The position numbers were made by a program, and so were the translations under genes. From an uncultured bacterium (GTDB taxonomy: Bacteria; UBP7; UBA6624): 36,188 nt of DNA. The number at the start of each line of letters is the position of its first letter. The stretch's first letter is position 1. The notes under the pieces were generated by a model. It did not search any database. It was not told the origin of the DNA and saw only the letters and a list, made by a program, of their open reading frames with translations. Where the stretch lies: positions 1 through 36,188 of the forward strand of contig CAYFJE010000003.1 in NCBI GenBank assembly GCA_964343345.1, given 5' to 3'. Shown here one piece after another: positions 1-9,066 of this stretch.

Positions 1-57
1 ACGGCCTCTTCCTCAACCTCAGGCACGGCCTCTTCCTCAACCTCAGGCACCGCCTCT
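1..57. repeat. 24-bp coding tandem repeat ACGGCCTCTTCCTCAACCTCAGGC (2 exact copies plus a partial; may continue off the edge)
   Basis: 1-24 equals 25-48, followed by ACCGCCTCT; encodes (PEVEEEAV)n on the minus strand. Confidence 0.9.
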
Positions 58-323
58 TTTTTGATTTTTTCAAGTTGGACAAAGGTGTAACTTGCAGTTA
101 TGGAATCTTCAAATGCAATCAATTCTTCATTTATTTTTATTGATTTTAGAGTTACGGTTATCCCTTCATTTTCTTCGATTATCTCCCCTTGAAGAGAATA
201 AGAGGATTCAATCTTTTGCTCGTTGATGTTGAAGACAATATGGTCTTCAAAAACAAAAAACAATTTTTCTTGAACTTGGCAATTGAAGGCTTTGAAAAAA
301 GATATCAAAACAAGAAAGAACAT
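1..323 (-). CDS. Hypothetical exported protein with acidic PEVEEEAV repeats (partial, runs off left edge)
   Basis: Not in the ORF track. The minus frame is open from 395 to 1. ATG at 323-321 gives MFFLVLISFFKAFNCQVQEKLFFVFEDH...KEAVPEVEEEAVPEVEEEAV, with a hydrophobic N-terminus; divergent from der. Confidence 0.65.
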   Translation of the reverse strand, partial: MFFLVLISFFKAFNCQVQEKLFFVFEDHIVFNINEQKIESSYSLQGEIIEENEGITVTLKSIKINEELIAFEDSITASYTFVQLEKIKKEAVPEVEEEAVPEVEEEA

Positions 324-471
324 AATAGGTATTATCCTAACAGAGAGAATTGTGATAAAATAGGGGTGAATATAAAAGTCTAAGAGAGGTAAAGGCTACT
401 TTGTACAACGAAAAAAGTGAAATGAAAAAAGTAAATATTGTTTATTCTTCCCAGAATTCTTTATGTGATTT

Positions 472-1821
472 TTGTCCCAAAGATTTTTATACAAGTCTGT
501 GACTAGGCCAAAACCCCTTGTGGCTCTTCTTGGAGTGCCAAATGTCGGGAAATCGACAATCGCTAACAAGCTTTCGAAAAACAGGAAATCAATTACGTCA
601 AGTGAGCCAGGAATTACACGAGATGCTGTTTTGCACAAAGTTCGCGGTGAAAAGTTCTGGATCATAGATGCACCGGGGTTTCAGGAAGGTGCAAAAACTG
701 AACTTGATAAAAAAATCTTTTCTTTGACTGAAAAGTTAAAAGATGAATGTGAGTTGTTCTTGCTTATTCTTGATGGGAAAAGAGCTGTTAGTTCTTATGA
801 AAAAAAACTGATAAAAAATTTAGAAATCTCAAATTTGAAATACATCATAGTTGTAAATAAGATTGATGATGAAAAGGTTAAGGTTGATTCTTGGAACAAC
901 ATAGGGTCTTTGCCTCTTGACCCCGTTTTCATTTCATCGCAAACGAATTACGGGCTTAAAGATTTGGTAAAAAAGATCAAGGGCTCTTTGCCAAAAGTTG
1001 AATTTGAAGATATTGACAGTTTTAAATCCGTGGGTATTTTTGGGAGACCTGGTGTTGGAAAATCTACACTTTTCAACAAGATAATGAAGAAAGAATTGAG
1101 TTTAACGAGTCATGAAAAAAATACGACAAGGGACATTGTCGAAGGTTTGTGGCATGAATGTAATTCCATTCTTGTAGATACTGGAGGGATGAACAAAAAA
1201 AGACCAAAGACAAACATAGAGGTTTACTCTAGAAGAAGGACTGTTTCTGCAATCAACAATGTCGATGTTGGTTTGGTTGTGGTTGATCCAGAAGAAGGGA
1301 TCACAAGGCAGGATTGCAGATTGATAGGTGAGTTGATCGAAGCGGGTTCGGCTTTGATTATCTTGGCAGGAAAGTCTGATTTGGGAATAGAAGTCAAAGA
1401 AGTTCCATCTTTCTGCAAGTTTGTCGAAATACACCATGTTTCTGGTTTGACTGGAGATGGCATCGATGAGCTTGGAACCATGGTGGGAGATTTAATGACA
1501 AGAAAATCTATTCAAATGCAAACGGCCACAATAAATAAAATTTTCCAAGATGTCACTGTGTCTTGGCCACAGACTGGAAATAGAGCTTGTAAGCATTTTT
1601 ATTCGGTACAAGTTGATACATCGCCACCAAAGATAAGATCTTTTGTTTCAGATGTCGAAAAGATTGATAGCAATCATACGAGATCTTTAGAAACGGGTTT
1701 GAGAAGATTTTTTCCGCTTTCAGGTGTTCCTGTAAAGTTTGAAATTTCAAACAGACCAAAAAAAGATTTTTCAATTAGAAAAGAAAATTTAAATAAAAAA
1801 GAAAAAATTAAAGGAGTTTAA
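472..1821 (+). CDS. der: Ribosome biogenesis GTPase Der (EngA)
   Basis: Two tandem GTPase domains (GVPNVGKST/PGITRD/NKID; GRPGVGKST/TTRD/DTGG) and a KH-like C-terminus (PP...LR..F...GVP). TTG start is uncertain. Confidence 0.92.
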   Translation: MSQRFLYKSVTRPKPLVALLGVPNVGKSTIANKLSKNRKSITSSEPGITRDAVLHKVRGEKFWIIDAPGFQEGAKTELDKKIFSLTEKLKDECELFLLILDGKRAVSSYEKKLIKNLEISNLKYIIVVNKIDDEKVKVDSWNNIGSLPLDPVFISSQTNYGLKDLVKKIKGSLPKVEFEDIDSFKSVGIFGRPGVGKSTLFNKIMKKELSLTSHEKNTTRDIVEGLWHECNSILVDTGGMNKKRPKTNIEVYSRRRTVSAINNVDVGLVVVDPEEGITRQDCRLIGELIEAGSALIILAGKSDLGIEVKEVPSFCKFVEIHHVSGLTGDGIDELGTMVGDLMTRKSIQMQTATINKIFQDVTVSWPQTGNRACKHFYSVQVDTSPPKIRSFVSDVEKIDSNHTRSLETGLRRFFPLSGVPVKFEISNRPKKDFSIRKENLNKKEKIKGV

Positions 1822-1826
1822 ATATT

Positions 1827-3944
1827 ATGAAAATAAACAAAATGAAAAGAGTTGAATTTGAAGAAAAAATAACCTTCAATAACAAAGAGTTAAAAGTCAC
1901 AATGGGAAGGATTGCCCCTCAGGCGAATACCTCGATTGTGATTTCGTATGGAGATCAGCAAATTTTTGTTGCTGCAACCATGGGTCAAGAAAAAGATGTT
2001 GATTTTTTCCCATTAACTGTAGATTATGAGGAAAAATTTTATGCAATAGGCAAGATTCCAGGAAGTTTCTTCAGAAGGGAGGCAAGGCCTACGGAAAGAG
2101 CAATTTTGATTTCCAGGATTATTGATAGATCAATCAGGCCACTTTTTCCTTCAAGCATGAGAAGGGATGTACATGTGGTTATTACACCTTATGTGACTTC
2201 GGAAAACGAAAATACTTCATGGTTGGCTACACTGGGAGCATCGATTGCACTTGCTGCTAGCGATATTCCTTTTGCAGGAAACATGATGCCTGTTCATTTA
2301 GGAAAATCTGGTGAAGATTTTCACTTAACACCATCTTTTTCTGACGAGAAGAAGCAAGATATGGATTTGTTTGTTTCTTTCTATAACGAAAATGTAGTGA
2401 TGATTGAGCTTGATGGAAAACAAGCTCCCGAGGCAGATGTTCTAAAAGGTATAGATTTTGCTTATGAGCAAAGCCTTGTTCTTAAAGCTTTTGTAGATAA
2501 GGTAGTTTCAAAAATTGGAAAGAAGAAAGTTTCTGTTCCGGAATTAGAAACAAAAGAGTTCATCACTGGAAAGCAACTGGATGAATTCAAGAAAAATTAC
2601 ACAGAAATATACAAGGATAATTTAGAAAAGTCTGAATTTTCAGAAAAGGTTAATGTAATGAAAAAAGACCTTTTGGATTCTTTGAAGCTTGAAGAGCCTC
2701 AAGACGTTAAAGATTTTATGAATTCTTTCAATATTTTAGAGAAAAAGATTGTTAGAGAAAATGTTTTAAAAAACAATTTGAGAAGATGTTCAAGAAAGCC
2801 AGATGAATTAAGAGAGATTGATGCACAGGTTTCTTTAATAAATGGTGCACATGGAAGTTCGTTGTTTCAGAGAGGTGGAACACAAGTTGTTTCATTTTTG
2901 ACTCTTGGATCTCCAGGGGATAAGCAAAAGATTGACGATTTGTCAAACGTTGAAGAGAAAAGATTTATGCATCATTACAACTTCCCCCCTTATTCTGTTG
3001 GAGAGGCAGGCTGGATGAGAGGTCCTGGGAGGAGAGAGATAGGACATGGAGCACTTGTGGAAAAAGCTATATCAGCCGTTTTTCCTTCAGAAGAGAAATT
3101 TCCTTATACAGTCAGGGTAGTTTCCGAATGTACATCAAGTAACGGTTCAACATCAATGGGTTCTACATGCGCTGCAACTCTTGCATTGTTGGATGGCGGA
3201 GTTCCTTTAATTAACCCAGTTGCAGGTATATCTATAGGGCTTATGTCCGATGAGAAAAACCATGTTTTGTTAAGGGATATTGAAGGGATAGAAGATTTTT
3301 ATGGAGAGATGGATTTTAAGGTTGCTGGAACTGTTAACGGTATTACTGCTATCCAAGTGGATGTGAAGGGAGATGGAATCAAGAAGGATTTCATTCCGGA
3401 AATTTTAGATGAAGCGAAGGTTGTCAGGAATGCTTTAATCGATGTCATGGTTGAAGAAGCTGGAACTGAAAGGAAAGTTTCAGAAACTGCACCAAAGATA
3501 TTCCAAAAGAAAATTGGAAAAGCTGATGTATCAGTTTTGATAGGGCCTGGCGGAAAAATGATTAAATCTATACAGGCTGATTGCGAAGTGAAAATAGATA
3601 TAGACGATGAGTTTGATGACAAGAATGCTTTGGTAGTTGTCACGGCACCGAATTCTAAAGCTGGGGAAATGGCAAAAGAAAGAATCGACCTTCTTTTCAA
3701 AACCGCAAAGGCTGGAGAAATTTATGACGGAAAGGTGACTTCAATAAGAGAATTTGGATTATTTGTCAGCCTCTTTGGAAGAACTGAAGGTTTGTTGCAT
3801 ATTTCTGAAGTTGACAAGAAAGGAAAATCTGGCCGTTTAAGCGAAAAAGATTTGCTTTCTTTGTACAAAGTTGGAGAACCTATTAGCGTCAAGGTCAAAG
3901 AGATTAGGAGAGATGGAAAGGTTTCACTTGTTTTAAATAAATGA
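1827..3944 (+). CDS. pnp: Polyribonucleotide nucleotidyltransferase (PNPase)
   Basis: FFPLTVDY, GKIPGSFFRRE, RREIGHG, SNGSTSM, MDFKVAGT, KH motif IGPGGK and C-terminal S1 (FGLFV..GLLHISE); GGAG RBS upstream. Confidence 0.97.
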   Translation: MKINKMKRVEFEEKITFNNKELKVTMGRIAPQANTSIVISYGDQQIFVAATMGQEKDVDFFPLTVDYEEKFYAIGKIPGSFFRREARPTERAILISRIIDRSIRPLFPSSMRRDVHVVITPYVTSENENTSWLATLGASIALAASDIPFAGNMMPVHLGKSGEDFHLTPSFSDEKKQDMDLFVSFYNENVVMIELDGKQAPEADVLKGIDFAYEQSLVLKAFVDKVVSKIGKKKVSVPELETKEFITGKQLDEFKKNYTEIYKDNLEKSEFSEKVNVMKKDLLDSLKLEEPQDVKDFMNSFNILEKKIVRENVLKNNLRRCSRKPDELREIDAQVSLINGAHGSSLFQRGGTQVVSFLTLGSPGDKQKIDDLSNVEEKRFMHHYNFPPYSVGEAGWMRGPGRREIGHGALVEKAISAVFPSEEKFPYTVRVVSECTSSNGSTSMGSTCAATLALLDGGVPLINPVAGISIGLMSDEKNHVLLRDIEGIEDFYGEMDFKVAGTVNGITAIQVDVKGDGIKKDFIPEILDEAKVVRNALIDVMVEEAGTERKVSETAPKIFQKKIGKADVSVLIGPGGKMIKSIQADCEVKIDIDDEFDDKNALVVVTAPNSKAGEMAKERIDLLFKTAKAGEIYDGKVTSIREFGLFVSLFGRTEGLLHISEVDKKGKSGRLSEKDLLSLYKVGEPISVKVKEIRRDGKVSLVLNK

Positions 3945-4528
3945 ATTTAGCTGTTTTCATATCTGGTAGAGGTTCTAATTTTTTATCACTTTTAAATGCT
4001 GAGAAAAGTGGTAATCTTGGATCAGCAACTATAAAGGTTTTAATCAGTAATAAAGAAAATGCATTAGGTATCAATTACGCAAAAGAAAACAACATTCCAG
4101 TTGTTATTGTTTCTGGACAAGATTGGGAAAATGATGTAATTTCTGCTATGAAAGAATACAAGATAAATTTAATTTGTTTAGCTGGATTCATGAGAATCGT
4201 GAGTTCGAAATTGATTAATTCAATGAAAGGGTGGATTATTAATATACATCCGAGTTTACTGCCTGCCTTTCCTGGTTTAAATGTTCATAAGAGAGTTTTA
4301 GATTCGGGTTTTCCTTATTCTGGCTGCACAGTTCATTGGGTTGATGAGGGTGTAGATACTGGTCCGATAATAGAGCAATCTGTAGTTCCTGTTTTGAAAG
4401 ATGATGATGAGTCTCTCTTATCTTCTAGAATCTTAAAAGAAGAACATAGACTCTATCCATCTGTTATCAGAAGGATTTCAGATGGTTGTTTTTCGCCAAA
4501 ATTTACGGAGGGTAATTCAAATGAGTAA
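3941..4528 (+). CDS. purN: Phosphoribosylglycinamide formyltransferase
   Basis: SGRGSN, LAGFMRI, NIHPSLLP.FPG, VHWVDEGVDTGPII.Q motifs. Confidence 0.96.
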   Translation: MNLAVFISGRGSNFLSLLNAEKSGNLGSATIKVLISNKENALGINYAKENNIPVVIVSGQDWENDVISAMKEYKINLICLAGFMRIVSSKLINSMKGWIINIHPSLLPAFPGLNVHKRVLDSGFPYSGCTVHWVDEGVDTGPIIEQSVVPVLKDDDESLLSSRILKEEHRLYPSVIRRISDGCFSPKFTEGNSNE

Positions 4529-6041
4529 TGAAATAAGAAAAATATTAAAGACTTTGGAGATAGAGGATTTGAACTCAGCTGCTTATTGTGGTTATTGGAT
4601 AGATGGTAGCGGAGGTATTGTGGATTCTTTGAACCCTTCAGATGAATCATTGATATCAAAAGTCAAAACTTGTAATAATGAAGATTATCAGAAAGTTTTA
4701 GAGGAATGCTCCAAAGTTTTTGAAGATTGGAAAGTTTTGCCTGCTCCAACAAGGGGTGAATATGTAAGAAAAATTGGTCAGGAACTAAGAAAATACAAAA
4801 AAGAATTAGGAGCTTTGGTTTCTCTTGAAATGGGTAAGATTCGTGTTGAAGGAGAGGGAGAAGTTCAAGAGATGATCGATATGGCAGATTATGCTGTTGG
4901 GCTTTCTAGACAATTGTACGGATTGAATATTGCTAGTGAAAGGCCTGGTCATAGGTTGATGGAACAGTGGCACCCTCTTGGGCTTGTTGGAATTATTTCT
5001 GCTTTCAATTTCCCTGTTGCAGTTTGGAGTTGGAATGCATTTTTAGCTATGGTTTGTGGAGATGTTTGTCTTTGGAAACCAAGCATGCAAACTCCGTTAA
5101 CAGCAATTGCAACTACAAAAATTGCTGCTAGGGTTTTAGAGAAAGATGGCTTTGGTGCAGTTGTTAGTCTTCTTCTCGGCGACAGAAACAATGTTGGATC
5201 CCCGCTAGTATGTGACAAAAGAGTTCCTTTGATTAGTGCTACAGGGTCGACAGCAATGGGAAAAAAGGTTGCTGTTGATGTTGGAAAAAGATTGGGTTCA
5301 ACTATATTGGAACTAGGTGGAAATAATGCTATGTCAGTCATGAAATCAGCTGATGTTGAATTAGCATCAAGAGCTATTCTTTTTGGGGCTGTTGGAACTT
5401 CTGGTCAAAGATGTACAACAACTAGAAGAGTTTTTGTTCATGAGGACATTTATGAAGAACTTAAGAGCAAATTGATTTCTGGATATGGACAAGTAGAGAT
5501 AGGAAATCCTTTAGAGGGTAAGACTTTAATGGGACCTCTGGTTTCAGAATTTGCTGTTAAAGATTATTTAGATGCACTTGAAGAAATAAAAAAACAAGGC
5601 GGAAAGGTTATTGTTGGAGGAAGCGAAATCAATAAACGAGGTTATTTTGTTAAACCAACAATTGTTGAAGTTGAAGATCATCTTCCGATTATGTCCCATG
5701 AAGTTTTTGCTCCCATTCTTTATATGATGAAAATAAAGAATATTGATGAAGCAATTCATTTTAATAATTGTGTTCCTCAAGGGCTTTCTTCTTCAATAAT
5801 TACAGAGAACATGAAGGAAGCTGAAGCTTTCACATCCTGCTTTGGTTCTGATTGCGGTTTAGCAAATGTGAACACAGGAACTTCAGGAGCTGAAATCGGA
5901 GGTGCTTTTGGTGGTGAAAAGGAGACAGGGGGCGGGAGAGAAGCTGGTTCTGATTCTTGGAAAGCTTATATGAGAAGACAAACAAATACTATCAATTATT
6001 CAAAGGAACTTCCTTTAGCCCAAGGAATCGAGTTTGTATAA
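4521..6041 (+). CDS. Aldehyde dehydrogenase family 7 (antiquitin / piperideine-6-carboxylate dehydrogenase-like)
   Basis: GEVQEMID, ISAFNFPVAVW, LELGGNN, GQRCTT (catalytic Cys), GAEIGGAFGGEKETGGGRE, LPLAQGI.F end. ATG 4521 chosen because GGAGG precedes it. Confidence 0.92.
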   Translation: MSNEIRKILKTLEIEDLNSAAYCGYWIDGSGGIVDSLNPSDESLISKVKTCNNEDYQKVLEECSKVFEDWKVLPAPTRGEYVRKIGQELRKYKKELGALVSLEMGKIRVEGEGEVQEMIDMADYAVGLSRQLYGLNIASERPGHRLMEQWHPLGLVGIISAFNFPVAVWSWNAFLAMVCGDVCLWKPSMQTPLTAIATTKIAARVLEKDGFGAVVSLLLGDRNNVGSPLVCDKRVPLISATGSTAMGKKVAVDVGKRLGSTILELGGNNAMSVMKSADVELASRAILFGAVGTSGQRCTTTRRVFVHEDIYEELKSKLISGYGQVEIGNPLEGKTLMGPLVSEFAVKDYLDALEEIKKQGGKVIVGGSEINKRGYFVKPTIVEVEDHLPIMSHEVFAPILYMMKIKNIDEAIHFNNCVPQGLSSSIITENMKEAEAFTSCFGSDCGLANVNTGTSGAEIGGAFGGEKETGGGREAGSDSWKAYMRRQTNTINYSKELPLAQGIEFV

Positions 6042-6060
6042 TCTTTTTTTCATCTATAAT
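6033..6060 (+). promoter_or_regulatory. Possible internal sigma70 promoter for the lipoprotein-mre genes
   Basis: TATAAT at 6055-6060 in the largest gap of the run; only a weak -35 (TTTGTA/TTGTAT, 15-16 bp spacer). Confidence 0.3.
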
Positions 6061-6085
6061 TAAGAAAATATTTGGAGGTAAAAAA

Positions 6086-6499
6086 ATGAAAAAAATTCTT
6101 ATTCTTGTTCTTTTACTAATCCCTTTTTCTTCTTGCAAGATGTTAAAGGGTAAATTAACAGGCACTATATCCGGAAAGGTTGAAGTTGTAAACGAAGATG
6201 GTTCAGTTGCCTTTATGTGTGGGTATTGTGGAGTTAGTGTTATGGACATGGACGGAAATGTTATTAGATATACACAATCTAATGACAGAGGTCTTTATTC
6301 TTATGAACCTACTGATCCAAATGCAAAAGGAAAACATAAGTTTCCTTGGCAGAAATATAAACTTGGTGTTAAACCCCCTTCGATGGGAATGGGAGGAAAA
6401 GAAGTTCCTTTCATGTACGAAATGGAACTTGATTTAAAGAAAGGTGCTGCAGTTGTTACTATAAAAGTTCCTAAATCAGCTTACGATGCGGCAAGATAG
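6086..6499 (+). CDS. Lipoprotein, carboxypeptidase-regulatory/transthyretin-like beta-sandwich with CGYC motif
   Basis: GGAGG RBS then MKKILILVLLLIPFSS-C lipobox; GTISGKV...DG...T.S..RG.YS...Y.L pattern. Start moved from 5957. Confidence 0.7.
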   Translation: MKKILILVLLLIPFSSCKMLKGKLTGTISGKVEVVNEDGSVAFMCGYCGVSVMDMDGNVIRYTQSNDRGLYSYEPTDPNAKGKHKFPWQKYKLGVKPPSMGMGGKEVPFMYEMELDLKKGAAVVTIKVPKSAYDAAR

Positions 6500-6506
6500 G
6501 TTTTAA

Positions 6507-7550
6507 TTGGCAGGCTTTCAAGAATTTATATCAAAGATCTCTAGGAAGTTTTCTAGAGGTAGAGATTTTGCCATAGACCTTGGTACAAAAAATTTAATAA
6601 TTGCCGAATATGGCGTCGGTGTCGTCGTCAATGAACCTTCTGTTGTTGCGGTAGATGCAGCTTCAAGAGAGGTTCTAGCAGCTGGTGTCAAAGCTTCAAC
6701 AATGCTGGATAGGACAGGTTCTAATGTTGTTGCAAGGAGACCAATGAAAGAGGGGACCATAAATGATTTAGAGCTTGCAAAAAAAATGCTCCGTTATTTT
6801 ATGGAACAGGCGACTGATACAAGATTCAGAGCATTGTCCGCTCCTTCCAATTGGGCGGTTGTTGGTGTTCCGGTCGATACAGACGATGTTCATAAAAATG
6901 CATACAACGAGTTAGGTACTTATGCTGGTATAGCAGAACTTGGAACAGTGGACGAAGTTTATGCTGCTGCGATAGGTTCTGGATTACAGGTAATGGAGCC
7001 AAAAGGCCGAATGGTTGTTGATATAGGTGGAGGGACAACAGATATAGCAATAATTTCGAATGGAGCTATAGTTGTAAAGAAAAAAGTGAGAGTTGCTGGT
7101 GATTCTATGGATAGAGCTATAAGGGATTTTATAAGAAAGAACAAAGATCTTGATATCTCCTTAGCCCAAGCTGAAAGAATAAAGCAAGAGATTGGTGGGG
7201 CTATACCTTTAGAGGATCAAGAGCCAAAGGAAATAACTGGTCAAGATTTAAACAAAAGAAGGCCTTCAAAGAGAACCGTTACTTCTGACGACATTGTTGA
7301 GGCTCTAAAGGGCCCTGTGAATGAAATTATCAACAATATACTTGCAACACTTGAGCAAACACCTGCAGCATTGGCTGAAGATGTTTACAGGGATGGCGTG
7401 AATTTGGCTGGTGGAGGTTCTAAACTTAGAGGTTTAGATACAAGAGTTGAAGAGTTGACCGAATTGCCAGTAAACTGTGTAAAAGATCCTGATAATGCTG
7501 TTATCAAAGGTTTGGAACAGATAATGAATAACACTGTTGAATCTAGGTAG
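6507..7550 (+). CDS. mreB: Rod shape-determining protein MreB
   Basis: AIDLGT, EPSVVA, AAAIG, MVVDIGGGTTD, AERIK, GGG..LRGLD motifs; N-terminal amphipathic helix. Confidence 0.95.
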   Translation: MAGFQEFISKISRKFSRGRDFAIDLGTKNLIIAEYGVGVVVNEPSVVAVDAASREVLAAGVKASTMLDRTGSNVVARRPMKEGTINDLELAKKMLRYFMEQATDTRFRALSAPSNWAVVGVPVDTDDVHKNAYNELGTYAGIAELGTVDEVYAAAIGSGLQVMEPKGRMVVDIGGGTTDIAIISNGAIVVKKKVRVAGDSMDRAIRDFIRKNKDLDISLAQAERIKQEIGGAIPLEDQEPKEITGQDLNKRRPSKRTVTSDDIVEALKGPVNEIINNILATLEQTPAALAEDVYRDGVNLAGGGSKLRGLDTRVEELTELPVNCVKDPDNAVIKGLEQIMNNTVESR

Positions 7551-7568
7551 TCAGGGATAGTTTTCCAT

Positions 7569-8186
7569 TTGTTAACAGAGTTTAAAACCTTAAAAACATC
7601 ACAAAACAAAAGGAATTTTGATTATGTTTTTCTTACCTTATCTTGTTTTCTTGTCTTGTCTTATTTTTTTCATCCTTTTAAATTTTTATTTGATCCAATT
7701 TCTTCAATCAAATGGTTAAGAAGTGGGACATGTTTGCTTGCTGAAGAAGAAGTTTCTATGGAGTGTTCGTTTGGCAAGCCGCTCTTGATTAATAGTGGAG
7801 ATAATTTTAAAGGTTGGTTTTACACAAAAAAACGAATTGATAAAGAAAACAAATATTCAAAAATTTTAGTTTTAGATAAAAATACAAAGAAGGTGATTGG
7901 GGTTGCTAATAATGTTAACCCTTATTTAGTTTATGTGAATGGTTTAAAAAACGAAGACATTTCTATCGGGATTCATTCAGAAACTTTAGGCAAAACAGCT
8001 GTTACAAAAAGCAATAACCAAAATGTCTTCATTGAAAAGTCTGATTTGTTAAATTCTGTTTCAAATTGGTTCACAGTTGGAGACAGCAATGATCTACCTT
8101 GGGATTGGGAGGTTGGTAAAAATGAAGGAAATATTTTAAAGATTGAAAATTTTGATGCTTATGTGGTTCTAGTATGGAAAAAATAA
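7569..8186 (+). CDS. Divergent MreC-like protein 1
   Basis: Directly after mreB; single N-terminal TM; VIG.A..V....V.V and TVG....LP....VG resemble MreC beta-domain motifs. Confidence 0.5.
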   Translation: MLTEFKTLKTSQNKRNFDYVFLTLSCFLVLSYFFHPFKFLFDPISSIKWLRSGTCLLAEEEVSMECSFGKPLLINSGDNFKGWFYTKKRIDKENKYSKILVLDKNTKKVIGVANNVNPYLVYVNGLKNEDISIGIHSETLGKTAVTKSNNQNVFIEKSDLLNSVSNWFTVGDSNDLPWDWEVGKNEGNILKIENFDAYVVLVWKK

Positions 8187-8710
8187 GGTTTTTCTTTTTT
8201 GTTTTGTTTTTTTATTTTATTGAAGGTTATCCTTCTGATTTAAGTGTTTCTCCAGCCTTAAAAAGAAAGTCAGAAGGTTTGGCAAAAAGGAATTTAAGTA
8301 ATTGGTCCAATGAAGCGAAACTGACTTATTTCAATCAGGAATCGGATGAGAAAACGATCGCTATCGATGGTAATGGGTATTATTTGGGGAAGGTTAAGAA
8401 AGGAGATTTGGTGTTTCCAACAAAAAAAGAAGAATGGACGATTGCTTTTTTAGAAAGTACTTGGGAGCTTGTTGCTTTAGAGGGAAATGGATCTCAGAAG
8501 ATGAAAGTTTGGTTTGCTGTTGATAAAAAAAATATAAAAACTGGTGACAGATTGCTTTTTTCCTTCTCTGAAAATTCAGATTTTTTTTATATAGCTCAGA
8601 TTTTTTTAGACGAAGATGATTCAAGTATTTGGGCTTTTCCTCTTGGCAATACTTCTTCTGGAGACATTGAAATTATTTCAAGTGAGAAGCATTTTAAAAA
8701 TATTAAATGA
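8174..8710 (+). CDS. Divergent MreC-like protein 2
   Basis: N-terminal TM/signal; D.NG..LGKV and LEGNG..KMKV......IKTGD.L resemble the MreC beta-barrel; lies before the mreD-like gene. Confidence 0.45.
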   Translation: MEKIRFFFFVLFFYFIEGYPSDLSVSPALKRKSEGLAKRNLSNWSNEAKLTYFNQESDEKTIAIDGNGYYLGKVKKGDLVFPTKKEEWTIAFLESTWELVALEGNGSQKMKVWFAVDKKNIKTGDRLLFSFSENSDFFYIAQIFLDEDDSSIWAFPLGNTSSGDIEIISSEKHFKNIK

Positions 8711-9066
8711 TAAGTTTATTGATTGCATTTCTTTTTTTAGGAAGTTCTTATCTTTCATGGGGTATAGCTTTAAGTTGTTGGACTCTTGGAAAAAGCCATT
8801 TCCCTACTTTTGCTGGAATTCTTGGTTTGTTTTTTTTAGATATCCATTTTGGAGGTTATTTTTTTCTTTTTGTTTTATTATTATCTTGGATGCTTCTGAT
8901 TGTTGATAAAAAGGAATCAAGTATAAATTTTTATCTTAGATTTTTTATCGTATTGTTGTTTGTTTTCGTTGTTAATAAGCTTATTTATGGGTTTTTTGAT
9001 TTTCCAGGATCAGGTTTTGATATATTGAGATCTTTTGTTTTTTTATGGATGTATGACAATAGATGA
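8707..9066 (+). CDS. MreD-like integral membrane protein (short)
   Basis: Almost entirely hydrophobic with a G..GLFFLD motif; syntenic position between the mreC-like genes and PBP2. Confidence 0.55.
   Translation: MISLLIAFLFLGSSYLSWGIALSCWTLGKSHFPTFAGILGLFFLDIHFGGYFFLFVLLLSWMLLIVDKKESSINFYLRFFIVLLFVFVVNKLIYGFFDFPGSGFDILRSFVFLWMYDNR

Noticed and set aside
1-57. Possible CRISPR repeat
   Set aside because: The copies are contiguous with no spacers, in-frame coding, and no cas genes are present.
189-383. 64-aa + strand ORF
   Set aside because: Antisense shadow of the more plausible minus-strand gene at 323-1.
396-665. Minus ORF whose TAG is in frame with the 395-1 open frame (readthrough or recoding?)
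   Set aside because: The upstream part is antisense to der, and TAG serves as a normal stop elsewhere (mreB, mrdA, dnaJ).
8616-8906. 96-aa alternative-frame ORF over the mreC2/mreD junction, and other short nested or antisense ORFs
   Set aside because: They overlap better-supported genes and show no motifs or RBS.
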